Shown here: positions 14,076 to 25,900 of the stretch, piece by piece | Numbering within the stretch: the first letter of the stretch is position 1 | How the letters are laid out: each line of letters starts with the position of its first letter | NCBI RefSeq assembly: GCF_031769215.1 | Contig: NW_026782274.1 | Coordinates: 558,001 to 622,000, forward strand | DNA: 64,000 nucleotides | DNA from: Ylistrum balloti | Taxonomy: Eukaryota | Direction: 5' to 3' | Notes under the pieces: generated by a model | The model's input: only the letters and a program-made list of their open reading frames with translations | Databases searched by the model: none | What the model was told of the DNA's origin: nothing | Program-made: the position numbers and the translations under genes

Positions 14076-14109
<34 letters not shown>

Positions 14110-14137
14110 TTCATGTCTTACAGACATTTTCTAGTTT
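13638..14137 (+). mobile_element. HINE-like (Helentron-type non-autonomous) element
   Basis: 5' hairpin ATGCCCCC..GGGGCAT followed by a (GTCC)n-like microsatellite; internal AAGATGGCC and GGGAGATAACTCT motifs; poly-G run; 3' end GGGGCATTCATGTCTTACAGACATTTTCTAGTT in T-rich flanks. Confidence 0.7.
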
Positions 14138-16974
14138 GTTTATTACACTTTATCAGGGTCAGAAAGTAGATCTCCTACCAGCATGACAAATTTGATTGTG
14201 TCAGGTTTATGCAATATCTAGACTAAAACATTGTTTGAAGCTTTGTTGATACTGAGACCAATTCTCCCTCAGAGATATACTATGTAAGTGACATTGACAT
14301 ATCTGTTTAATTCTAATCCCAACAGAGTACAAATTGTGAAAATTATGAAGAGAGTCATGCATATTAATGGATTCCATTACCCCTATTACACCAATCCCCT
14401 ACAATATATTTTATTACAATATTTATGTAAACAAATTTGATTTGATTTCAGTTTATAATTATCATACAATAGCAGATACAATGGGTTATTTAATAGATAT
14501 ATTGTTATTTTTATTAAGATCTTTTTTTCATAACTCTGTTAAAGCAGTTCAGACAGCATGTAAAAATTCCATGATAAAGGAACGCTCCTGTGCAGGATGT
14601 TGGAACTGATATATGTAAAGCTCATAATGCACTGTTTCAGAATTTTCTGCCAAATATAAGATAATAGCATGATATTTCCTTATATATTTGCATTCACCAA
14701 CCCTGCTTTATGCTAAAATTCTGAAAATTAATGATATTAAGCAAGTTAGGTTCAGACATGTATGGCTGGGCCCTTCTAACTGCAGAAATATTCCGTACTC
14801 CAGCTTCAGTCCTGATCTGTACATAACATTATAATTGCAGGTTTCGCATGTCCAACTGTTCAACTGCTAACAGGAAAGCAACCTAATTTGAGTTTTGACA
14901 GAGATTTATCAATACTTTGCCAATTTTCCATAAAATTAGTTAAAATGTTTTAAATGTGTTCTTCCCATTATCCGAGTACCAAATACACATCAATGGCCCG
15001 TATTGTTTGTTCATGACCACAAAAAGTAGCTGCTAGTATAACAAAACATTGTTTTAAATCAGAATATGTGATAGTAGGTCCTTCCCATCATTTCACTCGT
15101 TCATGTATAGTTAAAACATGTTCAAGTATTAATAAATAAAGAGATAAAGACACTAGAGAGTTGGTACATGTATTTTTCATTGTCTTCTTTTGGACCCTTA
15201 CCTCTCCATTTACCATTTACCAAGTTTGTACATGTTTATGTAATTCTGGAACAATTGTAAAATGGCTTTTGTTCACAGTAGGTAATGTAATTTTATTTTG
15301 CTGTGTAGAATTGTACTAAACACCACTAAACTTAATATGAAATTAAACATCCTTTTCACAATGAATTAGGCATTTTTACTGCTACACAGAACTAATGTTG
15401 CATTCTGGTATTTTGCTGAAGATACAGTAATCTTATGGAGGAAAAAATTATATTGACCTGGGTATTTTTATATATAAAAAGTAGTAAACCTCACTGTAAG
15501 CCCTCTCAAACAGACAATCTAAATTGTCTTAATTACCACTTCAAAGTTTCAAATTTGGCCTGTTGATATTGGAAATGCAGATATTTTAGTACAATCAAAT
15601 TTTTAATGCCTTTCTGATTTGAACAGATTTGTACACTGAAATTGGTAGCGAATATCATAGAAACAATATACAGAAACACAATCACAAAAGGCAATTAAAG
15701 TATGATTTCCACCAAAAGATGTACATTAACATTACTAAGAAGTGCTTGCTTTGAATTTCCTAATGAATGAAAATAAAATAAAACAAATACTTTCTCATTC
15801 TTTTTTATTAATTCATTGCCAGGAAATTATCATTTTTCTCTATGATAGATTCAACAAAACATGCCGTCACTGTCATGTATTTCAGTCAAGAAACTGTTCC
15901 AATTATTTAAAAAAAACATTTCTGAAAAGCATCAGTTTTGCTCCAGGATCTTTAATAATTACTTACTCAGACAAAAACAAGTTAGAAAACCATCAACAAG
16001 AAAGTCAATATCAAGTAAATTGATTTACCGATTAAAAAATAAATGACAGGAAAAATACAGCTGGAAAAAAATAATTGGTTACACTCAAGGTTGACTTGTC
16101 AACTTAACACTCTGGTTTCGAAAATAATAAATAATAAGTACTGACTTTCACAACTTAAAACCGTGCATAAATCTAAGCTATTAAGGTATGTAAATAATAC
16201 TGCCTGCAGTAAATTTTCTGAACAATGATCAATTGTTTGATGCCAGGAAGTACACAATATAACACTTATTTCTTCTCAAGTACTTGGTACACAGAAGACT
16301 ATTGGTGAACTCCAATCTTGTTGACATTTGGAATGTCAATATATGATCTACAATATACATCTAATATGCATCCTGATCTGTCAATTAATCATCTCAAAGA
16401 ATTTTGTTTAGAACTTCAACAGATTTATCCAATTCTGAAATGTACAGTATACATTTCTTTAACAAATGTTAGTGAGGAAAGTAATTTAGATTGAAATACT
16501 TCTTAAATATTATTTCCATTTTGAGTAAATTTATAAACATTTCAAATCTTAAACAACTTTGATCCTCATAGTCTTAAAAAGACTGATCCAGAAAATCTAT
16601 AGTACAGTAATGACCACATTATAAAATGTTATTATATGTCCCTATAGATAAATATCAAGACAAAACAATAGACAGACTTTCCATGTATCATAATTGGAAT
16701 ACAAGATTTTCTTAAATCACTAGTCATCTCACACAAAAAAGTAAGAAAGGAGTTCTTCACCTTTATTTTTGAAGTGAGATTATTACCATTTTCACCTGTT
16801 TATATTTATAAATTCAGTTTGAAGCCTTAACTTGTAAATTTTTTCCTTCTTTTAACAAACATTCAAAGTCATACAATTTTACTGACTGTGTACATGGTAT
16901 ACCCCAATACTACCTGGTATATAATATATATTTATCTTCGGGTTGCTATTGTATTTGTATGTATGTCTCCTTGA

Positions 16975-19900
16975 CTAATTCCCTTTACCAGACAACTGGC
17001 TACATAAGTTTTTCTTTATCTTTAATTTTGCTAAAGCAGCTAATTTCTTTTTCTCAATTTCCTCTGGTGTGCATTTAAAGGGACTACTCTCTGCACTTTG
17101 ACTGCTGGAGAAGCCTGGACTAGAATCTGACTGATGACGGGGCTTGGTTACCTCCCCTGACAAATGTTTTTTTCTTTCCAATGCTGCCAGTTTTTTTCGC
17201 TCTATTTCATCTGGTGTACATTTTCCAGGACTAACACTATTTCTATCACTTGAAACACCACCAGTTACGCATTTATTCTTTTCTTCCCTAAGTTTAAGTC
17301 TTTCCACAGCGGCCTGGCGCTTTCTTTCTATATCATCCTGCTGATACTTTACAGGGCTTCCAGTAGAGTTAACCTGTACTGCACTGGCACTTTCTGCGAC
17401 AATATTCTGTGGTTTTCTGATCACACAATCTTGTTTATATTTCTTGGTCACGCTTGAACTTTCAGATAAAGTTTCCTTACTTTTAATTCGTCTTTTTTCT
17501 AGGGCAGCTTGTTTTTTCCTTTCAATTTCTTCTTGCATATATTTTGTTGGACTTAATTTGATGGAATTTTCATTCACTAACATACTTTCTGGAGACACAG
17601 CTGTGACATTTTTCTTTTGTAGTTTGGCTTTTGCTGCATCCTTTTTCTGCTCAATTTCATTTATAGAGCATTTGCTAGTGAAAGCACTTGGACTTGTCTT
17701 TTGACACTGCTGACTTTGTGGTACTGGAGGCATCTGTGAAGCTTCCACTGGAAATAGGAAAGTGATTATAATTTATATTTTGCAAGATTTTGGTACAAAA
17801 TTGATATGCATTGATGAGAAGCAACCTCAACAACATCATTCATAGATTTAATGCATTTATTAAACTCTTGTGCTAAAACCATTAACCAACAGCTAAAGTG
17901 GTATCTGAATCATCAGTAAGGTTATGAAGGATATCCTGACCTGAAGTAGTTATCAACTTTGAACAGGTTATTTTTTCAGTTTTAGCAGCATGATATACAG
18001 CATATATTGAATTTATTCCCCTAGCGATTTTTCAAGATCAACTACTTGTTTCAAAACCTACAAAAATACAGCCAAGTCAGACTGAAATTTATTTATTTGT
18101 ATTTATCAGCAACATATGATAATCATATACACCAAAGACACCCTAGTTTATTACACTACAAGTGTATTTATATGCACCAAAATGAAACCCAGTCCTGGGT
18201 TTGAATTTTTTCAAATTTATACAAAGAGGATTTTACATTTAAAATATATCTATATTTCCTTGAGAGATTTATGCCACAATTTCAAGACTTTTTCATTTCA
18301 GAAATTTATATGAAAACTTTCTCATAATATATGTATCACTTACTCTCCACTGTGTCCAACATGGCCAAGATCTGCTGTTCAGACAGTTCGTCCTCATCAG
18401 AGGTAAATAGATCTTCACTGTTGTCTACCGGAGATGGACCTAAAGATACAGACACATCAATTATACACTTCATAAATTAATGCAGAGCCCATCATACACC
18501 AGTGTAAGATTAGATGGTTACGGGAACAATTTTGACTGTGTAAAGGTAATGACCGGTCAGTAATGGCTGGATTGATGACCCCTGACTCTATATCCATCTG
18601 TTTTATCTGTATGTCATAGTACTTGTGTAGTTGTTGCACTGATTTAAATAGTAGACTTGTTACCTGCTCCAATCAACTCATAGAAAAGAAGAAAAAAAAA
18701 CCCAGAACTTTCTCTATAATTTAAATAGTCAGAAAATCCTAAGCTAAGAGTTATTGTATTGCATTGACTTTTTACATCAACACTAGTGTTTGGATTTAGT
18801 TTATACTACAATGGAAAAGTATTTTACCTGATGACTTTGAAGCAACAGCAGTGACTTTGTTAGTCATGTGTGGACTGGTAGACCTGGGCTGATCTGAGGA
18901 CATTTTTGAAGTAAGAGTAGATGCTGATGTCACAACCATTCCACTGTTTGCAGATTTGGATTTAAATTTGAATTTACTCCTCTGTGTGGATGAGACTTGA
19001 CTTGAAGATATCACAGTGTTAGCACTACTTTGAACAAAGACTGGCTTACTGCCACAGCTGACACCAGACTGTTTCAAATGAGAAGACTTCTGATTAGCAC
19101 CTCCAGTTCCAATGACATTAGAACTTTGTGGCACAGTCTTTGATTCTATTGTCATACAGTCTTTCGAACACTCGGGTAACAATGCATCAGATTTGAGTCT
19201 ATCACAGTCCTTGGTTAACAATGTACTTGACTTTGGGCTATCACACGATTTTGCCACACAAACTCCCTGCAGTGGTGCTCCTGGCAGCACTTTCCCTTGG
19301 TGTGGCAAAGTGCCTATACTCAGAGATTTTTTATTATGTCCACTGTTTTTAGGTGTTGGACTAGCCTGGCTGTCTAAAAGCTCATCTGGTTCTGCCAGCT
19401 GGCACAGGAGATCATCAGACAAACTGGTGTCAAACATTCCACTGGAGCGACGTCTACAAGTTGAGGTCGTGGAAGTGATTGTAACAGCTGAGTCTGTGCA
19501 CTGTAATCCAGAGCTTTTATTGGATTCACTTTTACTAACAGCAGAGTTCTGATTAGAGACTCCAGTATTTTCATGATTATTCACAACACAGGAATTTGTA
19601 TTTTGAGATTTAGCAACAATATATGTTCTACTAGATATGTTGACTTGACACTTCAGATTTTGGCTTGTTGTATACACAGGAGCAGAATTCCCTTTCCCAG
19701 AGACTTTGTTTGGTCCTGAGCAGCATGCATCACCAAGTCCTGACTGAAGTGTGGAAACTCTGTTGGTAGTGGAAGAAGAATTGCTGCCACCAGTAACATG
19801 AAATCTCTTTGTAGTGGTTGAAGACACATGCTTCATAACTTTTAAACCACTACTTGAATCAACAGATGTTCTTGTGTCCACTTGAGGATCACCTTGAACT

Positions 19901-22900
19901 GGATATTGTTTTTTATCAGTTGCCAACATGTTTGTAGGTTTAGAAGCTTGATTGCAAGAAACGCTTTTACCCTGAGTGACTGTAATCCTGCTCATCAGAT
20001 TTGAAGTGGATACACTTGGAACAGATTGTGTTTTTGTCACATTGTCAGAGTTCCAAAGTGACAGACATTTACGACTCTTATTATGGCTCAGATCGTGGGC
20101 ATGTTTTGTTTGCATGAGATCAATGTCATTAAAACTCTTCACTTTCCGGAATGGTGACGGTGATTTCCCCTTACTCCCTTGTAGCATTTTGTTAGGAATC
20201 ACTCCTGCTCTTTGTTTTCTATTATCAATTGGGTTTCTGTGAAGCTCTTGACGGGAATCTAAGCACACCTTGCTTATCTTACACTGAGATTCCTCCGTTT
20301 CGCGAGACTTGCGTTTGTTGCCCCTTTTGTCTGATAGAGTCCCCTTTGTCTCTATGACCGGGTCCTGTGTAGCCTTCATCAGTAAAGAGTCATCTTGGAA
20401 CATTTCATCATCACTCCAATTCAGATCAGAATTGTGATCACCGTCCTCACTGTCAACTACTCTAGCATTCTGACAACCTGGGGAAGTGTTCCCCCTCTTA
20501 ACACCAGAAGCAGTGGCATCAGCATCCGCAAACAAGTCCTTTGATTGATCTAAACCTGAACTTGCATCCTTTTTAGTACACCTGTAAATAGAATCCATGG
20601 AATGTCATTTCATGTCAAAGACAAATTTTGAGAGCTATTTTTCAACATGGTCATCCTTACTTTGACTTTATGGTCCTGCATAAGTGCACATTGTCCCCAG
20701 GAGAAATATTTCTTTCCTTGACCCAACCAGGCAACATATTTGTTTATCTGAAGTCTTAGTTGTTTCATGTAAGGGATCCACAAGTTTAAATAGTCACCTG
20801 AGTTCTACAAAATCTGCTCTTTTTGTTGTAATACCTGTTGTAGAAATCATCTCAATGATGAAAATCAAGAAATGAAGATGTAGAGACAAAGATTTTCTAA
20901 AATAGCAACAGTGACCTTGAATCTAGAATCCTAAAATATGAACTAGTCCTGGATACAATGGTCTTTTATAAGTTTGTTATGTCTCCTCAAAATTCTTTAC
21001 AGAGTGAAGCTCCATGAGTGCTGCGAGGATAAGTGTTATGCTACCTATGACAACATTCATTGTAAGGAATATATACACCTCCCCAGAGGAAAATTCGAGA
21101 CTCTGGGTTCATGAAATTCAATTTTATTTCCCACCTTATAACTTTTTCATCTATAAAAAGTATTTAATTCTACCATACTGGTATGAGTTCTGAGAAAAAT
21201 GTTCTTAAAGTTTTAGTCTATTTGACCCCATTCTCAGGCTCTTGGGGGGATTGGGACCATATAATTCGTAATTGTGGTTGACCTTTGGCCATCAAATGTT
21301 TCTGCAAAATTTGATCAAAATTGGTTCAGGGCTTTGTGAAGGAATGTCTAAAATATCAAATGTTTACAGATGCATGACAAACTTCAAGTGACAATGGACA
21401 AAAGACAATTGCAGTATGTCACTTGACAAATAGGTGACCTAAAGACTTTTAACTGGCTAATGACCAGCTATGTAGACTTTGATTCATTACAGAATGTATG
21501 GACCAGTGAAAGCCTTTATTTCATTGATCTCTCCAAGTGTCCAGCAATAGAACTCATGCAATTTCAATAAGTCAATACATACAATTCTCCTAATCCTTCA
21601 GTAACACAGATACACACGTTCTTTTCGGTTAAACTTATTGACAGTTCTTAATTGTAATTAATTTGAAGGAAATTTTTACTGCCCCAATCAAGAAACAGAA
21701 ACTAAATTTATGCATTAAAAGAAGTCATCAAAGCTTATCAGCTTTAATGAAAAATGTATAAAACTATTTGCTTTAAAAGAAATTATACTGAAGTTTGAAA
21801 AAATGCTGATATCATACTTATCAATTTCAGTCTCTTCTGTTGATATGGTAGAATCCTCATCACCTGCACAACAAACATCAATTGATTAAACACAGCTTGT
21901 CATATACAATGTAAATATTATATATTTTACAATAATTAGTATTACTAATTTCTATTAATCACTGTCGCTGGACAAAATGGAAGCACTGGGGGGAAATCCA
22001 GTATGTGCTTGGGCAGGTAACCTTTAATTTCTCATATCCAGTAGGGAATAAAATCAAGCTAGCATTGAGATAGCATGTGTGTGTCACTCATACACCTAGT
22101 ATTACATATCACTAATTCTATGTAACATGCAAGCCTTATTCAAGATCTTCCATCATATCAACACAACAAACTATCAGCAGGATAGAAAAAGTGATAACTA
22201 AAGATTTAATGGACGAGTCTATTCACTTCTCACATTTCATTATTTGAAAACAGGAATTATCTTTCATGGAATAATCTATGTTAAAGAGAAGGAAATAAGA
22301 TTCTCTGTAGGGAAAATTCAATGGTAAGAAAAGAGAACAAAATAACCCAGTACCCTCAGGTATAAATTTAAAAGTATTACCATCACCCTTTGACTGGTCT
22401 TAAACAATCTCTGGTAGAAATTCTACATTTAGACTACATAGTCTACCATCCTTACTCAGGTAGTATGTACTCTGTATATATCTTGCTTACATCTTTCTAC
22501 AGCCAGCTTCAGTTTTTCCAACCATTCTGATGGTATCTTTGTATCCCGCCCAGTATTTGAATGGGATTTCTCCTTTTTCCTGAATCTGGAGATAAATATG
22601 GATACATCAAAGTTTTATCAATACTTCAGGTAAACTAACAAAGCCCTACATCTGTTGTAAACTAATCTAAGTATGAGAAATGTAATCATTGTATTTTCCT
22701 GCTCAGTCTCAATTTCAGTAATAAATGTGGTATGTACTTACATTACAGAACTGTCATACAAGTATATTAATTTAATCAATGCTGATTAATACAAGATGAT
22801 CTTCATAGAAAAACATGGAAAGTGCACTTCAGGTAATTAATCTACACAAAGTCCCATGTCAAATATCACTTGTTTAACCTTGATTAATTGTCCCATTAAA

Positions 22901-25900
22901 ATAGGGAAATTAAACATTTTATATATAATTAACATCCTGTTACTTTCTTGTTTTTTGGTGCAAAATCTTATATTTTAATATGAAGGTAAGCAAATCACTT
23001 CGTTTTGAACATGAACACTTGTGTATATATATATACTCAACAAAAAAAGGAAGGTTAACATGTTTCCTTGGCGAATACCTGTAAATGAGTGAAAACAAAA
23101 TGACGTTTGTGCAATATTAGAAATTGGTAATGTTTTACATTACAAAATCCAAGGGGGTTACCATAATCATTCAAGCGTGAAAGTCTGTATTAGCGAAAGA
23201 GCTGCACGAGGTTTTCTGCGACTTGTATCTTCACTTGAATTTCATAAACATTCAAACTGACAACTGTTCCTTAGATCCTTAGGACTTAGAAATCACCGAA
23301 TCTTGCTATCTATTAACTTTATCATTATGCCCCGGCTGTCACAAGTACAGAGAGAAAGGCTGTAGGCATGATCCAGGCTGGGGAGTCTCGCCGTCGAGTT
23401 GCACAGCATTTTGGTTGCAGTGTTAAGACGATTTGCCAGTTGGTAAGTCGTTTAAACCAAACTGGGTCAACATCCGCCAGGGATGACCGTCGTATACGAT
23501 TGATACACTTGCGCAATCGATTCATGTGTCTCCCCAAACAGTCCGCAACAGGTTGAGAGCCTACCAATTGAAAGCGCTGCGTCGCACTATGGACCCAATT
23601 TGTTGCAACATCACCGTAAAAATCGGCGTAACTGGACCCGTGTTCACCGTTGTTGGGCCTTACGACAATGGAACAATGTTCTGTTTTCAGATGAGTCCAG
23701 GTTTTGTCTGCAACACGGTGACGGAAGGCGCAGAGTGTGGAGGCGACGAGGGGAGCGTTTTGCGAACTGCTGCGTTGCAGAACGGGACCGCTCTAGCGGC
23801 GGAAGTGTAATGGTTTGGGGTGGTATTTGTGGGGGGACTCGTACCAGGCTTGTTGTGTTAAATGGCATCAATATCGGGATGAAATTTTAAGACCAGTGGT
23901 TCTGCCATTCTTAAGACACCATGGCGTTGGCATCATTTTTTTTAATAGGATAACGCCCCAGCGCACACCAGTCATGTCAGCAGAACTTTCTTGCAGCAGA
24001 ATAAGGTACAGGTGTTAGATTGGCCATCTAAATCACCTGATTTGTCACCGATTGAGCATGTCTGGGACTTTCTTGGGCGACGCGTGAGAGAACGTCAAAA
24101 TCAGCTGTCAAACTTGCAGGAGCTGGCCAATGCCTTCATCGCTGAATGGAACAACATCTCTCCTTGAATTATCTGCCGGTTTACGAGTTCCATGCGACGG
24201 CGCTGCAATGCTGTTTACTTCGCAAACAGTGGCCATACCCGTTACTAATGGTGTTACCTTTGAAATTGACCCCAACGTCCTTTACAGTCGAATAAAATCA
24301 ACTGAACGCAAAGCTTTATAATAAACCATGACTGCAGTTTTATCAGAATTGATCAATTACTTTATTCGTACATGATTGGTAAGGATTTATGAAGGGGTTA
24401 ATTAATTAATCACAGAATAAAGTAGTGTTACCTTTCTTTTTTTGTTTAGTATATATATATCAAACAGCTTCTTGTGTCTTCAATAAGAAAGCTGTCTTTA
24501 TCTATAAGATATTTTCACACATAACTTGCATAACAAATATGTTCCATGAACAAATCTACACATCTTTTCATACCCTCATCCTTAAACTCACTTTAATGAA
24601 AGAGTATCAAACTCTTGAAAGATAAGATAAAGACTTGAGCGATCCTTGTGCCAGCAGACACTGATCTGAAACACTTCTCATTGGAGAATCTGGTAAAAAG
24701 GCTATATTTTTAATGCATTAGCTGCAAACCAAACTGGATAACTCTGGAAACTTAAATCCAGAATGGGATGAAATGTAGATTTTTTTGACAACATTCAATT
24801 TCTCTTTTAACACCAATGGGAATATCCTTATTTCAGCAGATGTTTTGATCAAGTTGAATACTCTAGGTATCAACCTTACCGAACAAGCTTGCTAGAGTGT
24901 GCAGCGAGTGCCCTGTCACTGGATTTATCTTCTTTGCTTGCATGTGTAGGTCGGTTTGACGAATTCATCCACAATCCAAGAAGGGGTGGAGTGTTTGTGG
25001 ACGGAGCTGCATCCTCCTCCCGAGACTGAAAGTAACAAACTATAACTTTAACATGTTATATATAGATAGTCCTCATTTACTTACTCTGCATCCCCAACAT
25101 ATTTTGTTTACATGTCACAGCTGATTTGATATTCAAGGCCTTGTTTCCAGTATGGAGAGGTTTTACAGAGTTGATAATGTCTATACTACTATGTAAGTTG
25201 TGGTGATCACGTTACTAAAACTTGCAGGTAACCGAGTATGGGTCAGGGTTCATGACAGCCCTACCTATAATACAAGCATTTGAGTGAAGTTCCAATGATC
25301 TGGGTAGCAGTGGGTGAGATGTTATGCATCTTTTCCTCATTTGAGAAGTTGACATCACTTTGATTGATATAATTTTACATATCATCAATAAAGCAGACCC
25401 TTATCTCTCTAGAACACCTGATATCCTTGTATCTTTGCAAGGGTTTCCATTTAGTATGTCGTTTGATCATAATTTTCTTTGATCATAATTTTCTGTCATT
25501 AAATCAGTTTTGAGTTTGAATAATGATTTTGTTGAAATTTCAGTATTCTGTTGATGTTCTAATATACATGTTTATTCTCTGATAAAAACACAAACAAGGA
25601 TATTTACCTCCTCTGGTATAAGAAGCTGGACAATGCCTGCAACATCACTGGAATGATGGCGTTGTCTGTCTGTAAGAAACAATTTTTTTTACATTAAACC
25701 TTGAAATTACACTCAACTCTGCAATATCGTTTTTCTGTCAGTTACTCTTCTGTTAGCAGTCTTTATACAATAATACAGGTGTTGTTTAACCAAACAAAGT
25801 AACATGCTGCTCCTCTTACATATTTGAAAACAAAAGGGTAAGTACACACTGTGGGTAAGTATTTTTTAAATACTTGGCAGTTTTTTTAAAAGATCAAATA

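Noticed and set aside
17927-17934. U12-type donor word ATATCCTT on the minus strand
   Set aside because: It is not at any exon boundary of the ETAA1 model, and all modelled introns are ordinary GT-AG.
17144-20242. Plus-strand ORFs 17144, 17444, 19112 and 19976, and minus ORF 19374, in the ORF track
   Set aside because: They are antisense or alternate-frame shadows of the large ETAA1 exons.
20798-20834. Possible extra 37-nt ETAA1 exon
   Set aside because: It would shift the frame, and the flanking exons already join in phase without it.
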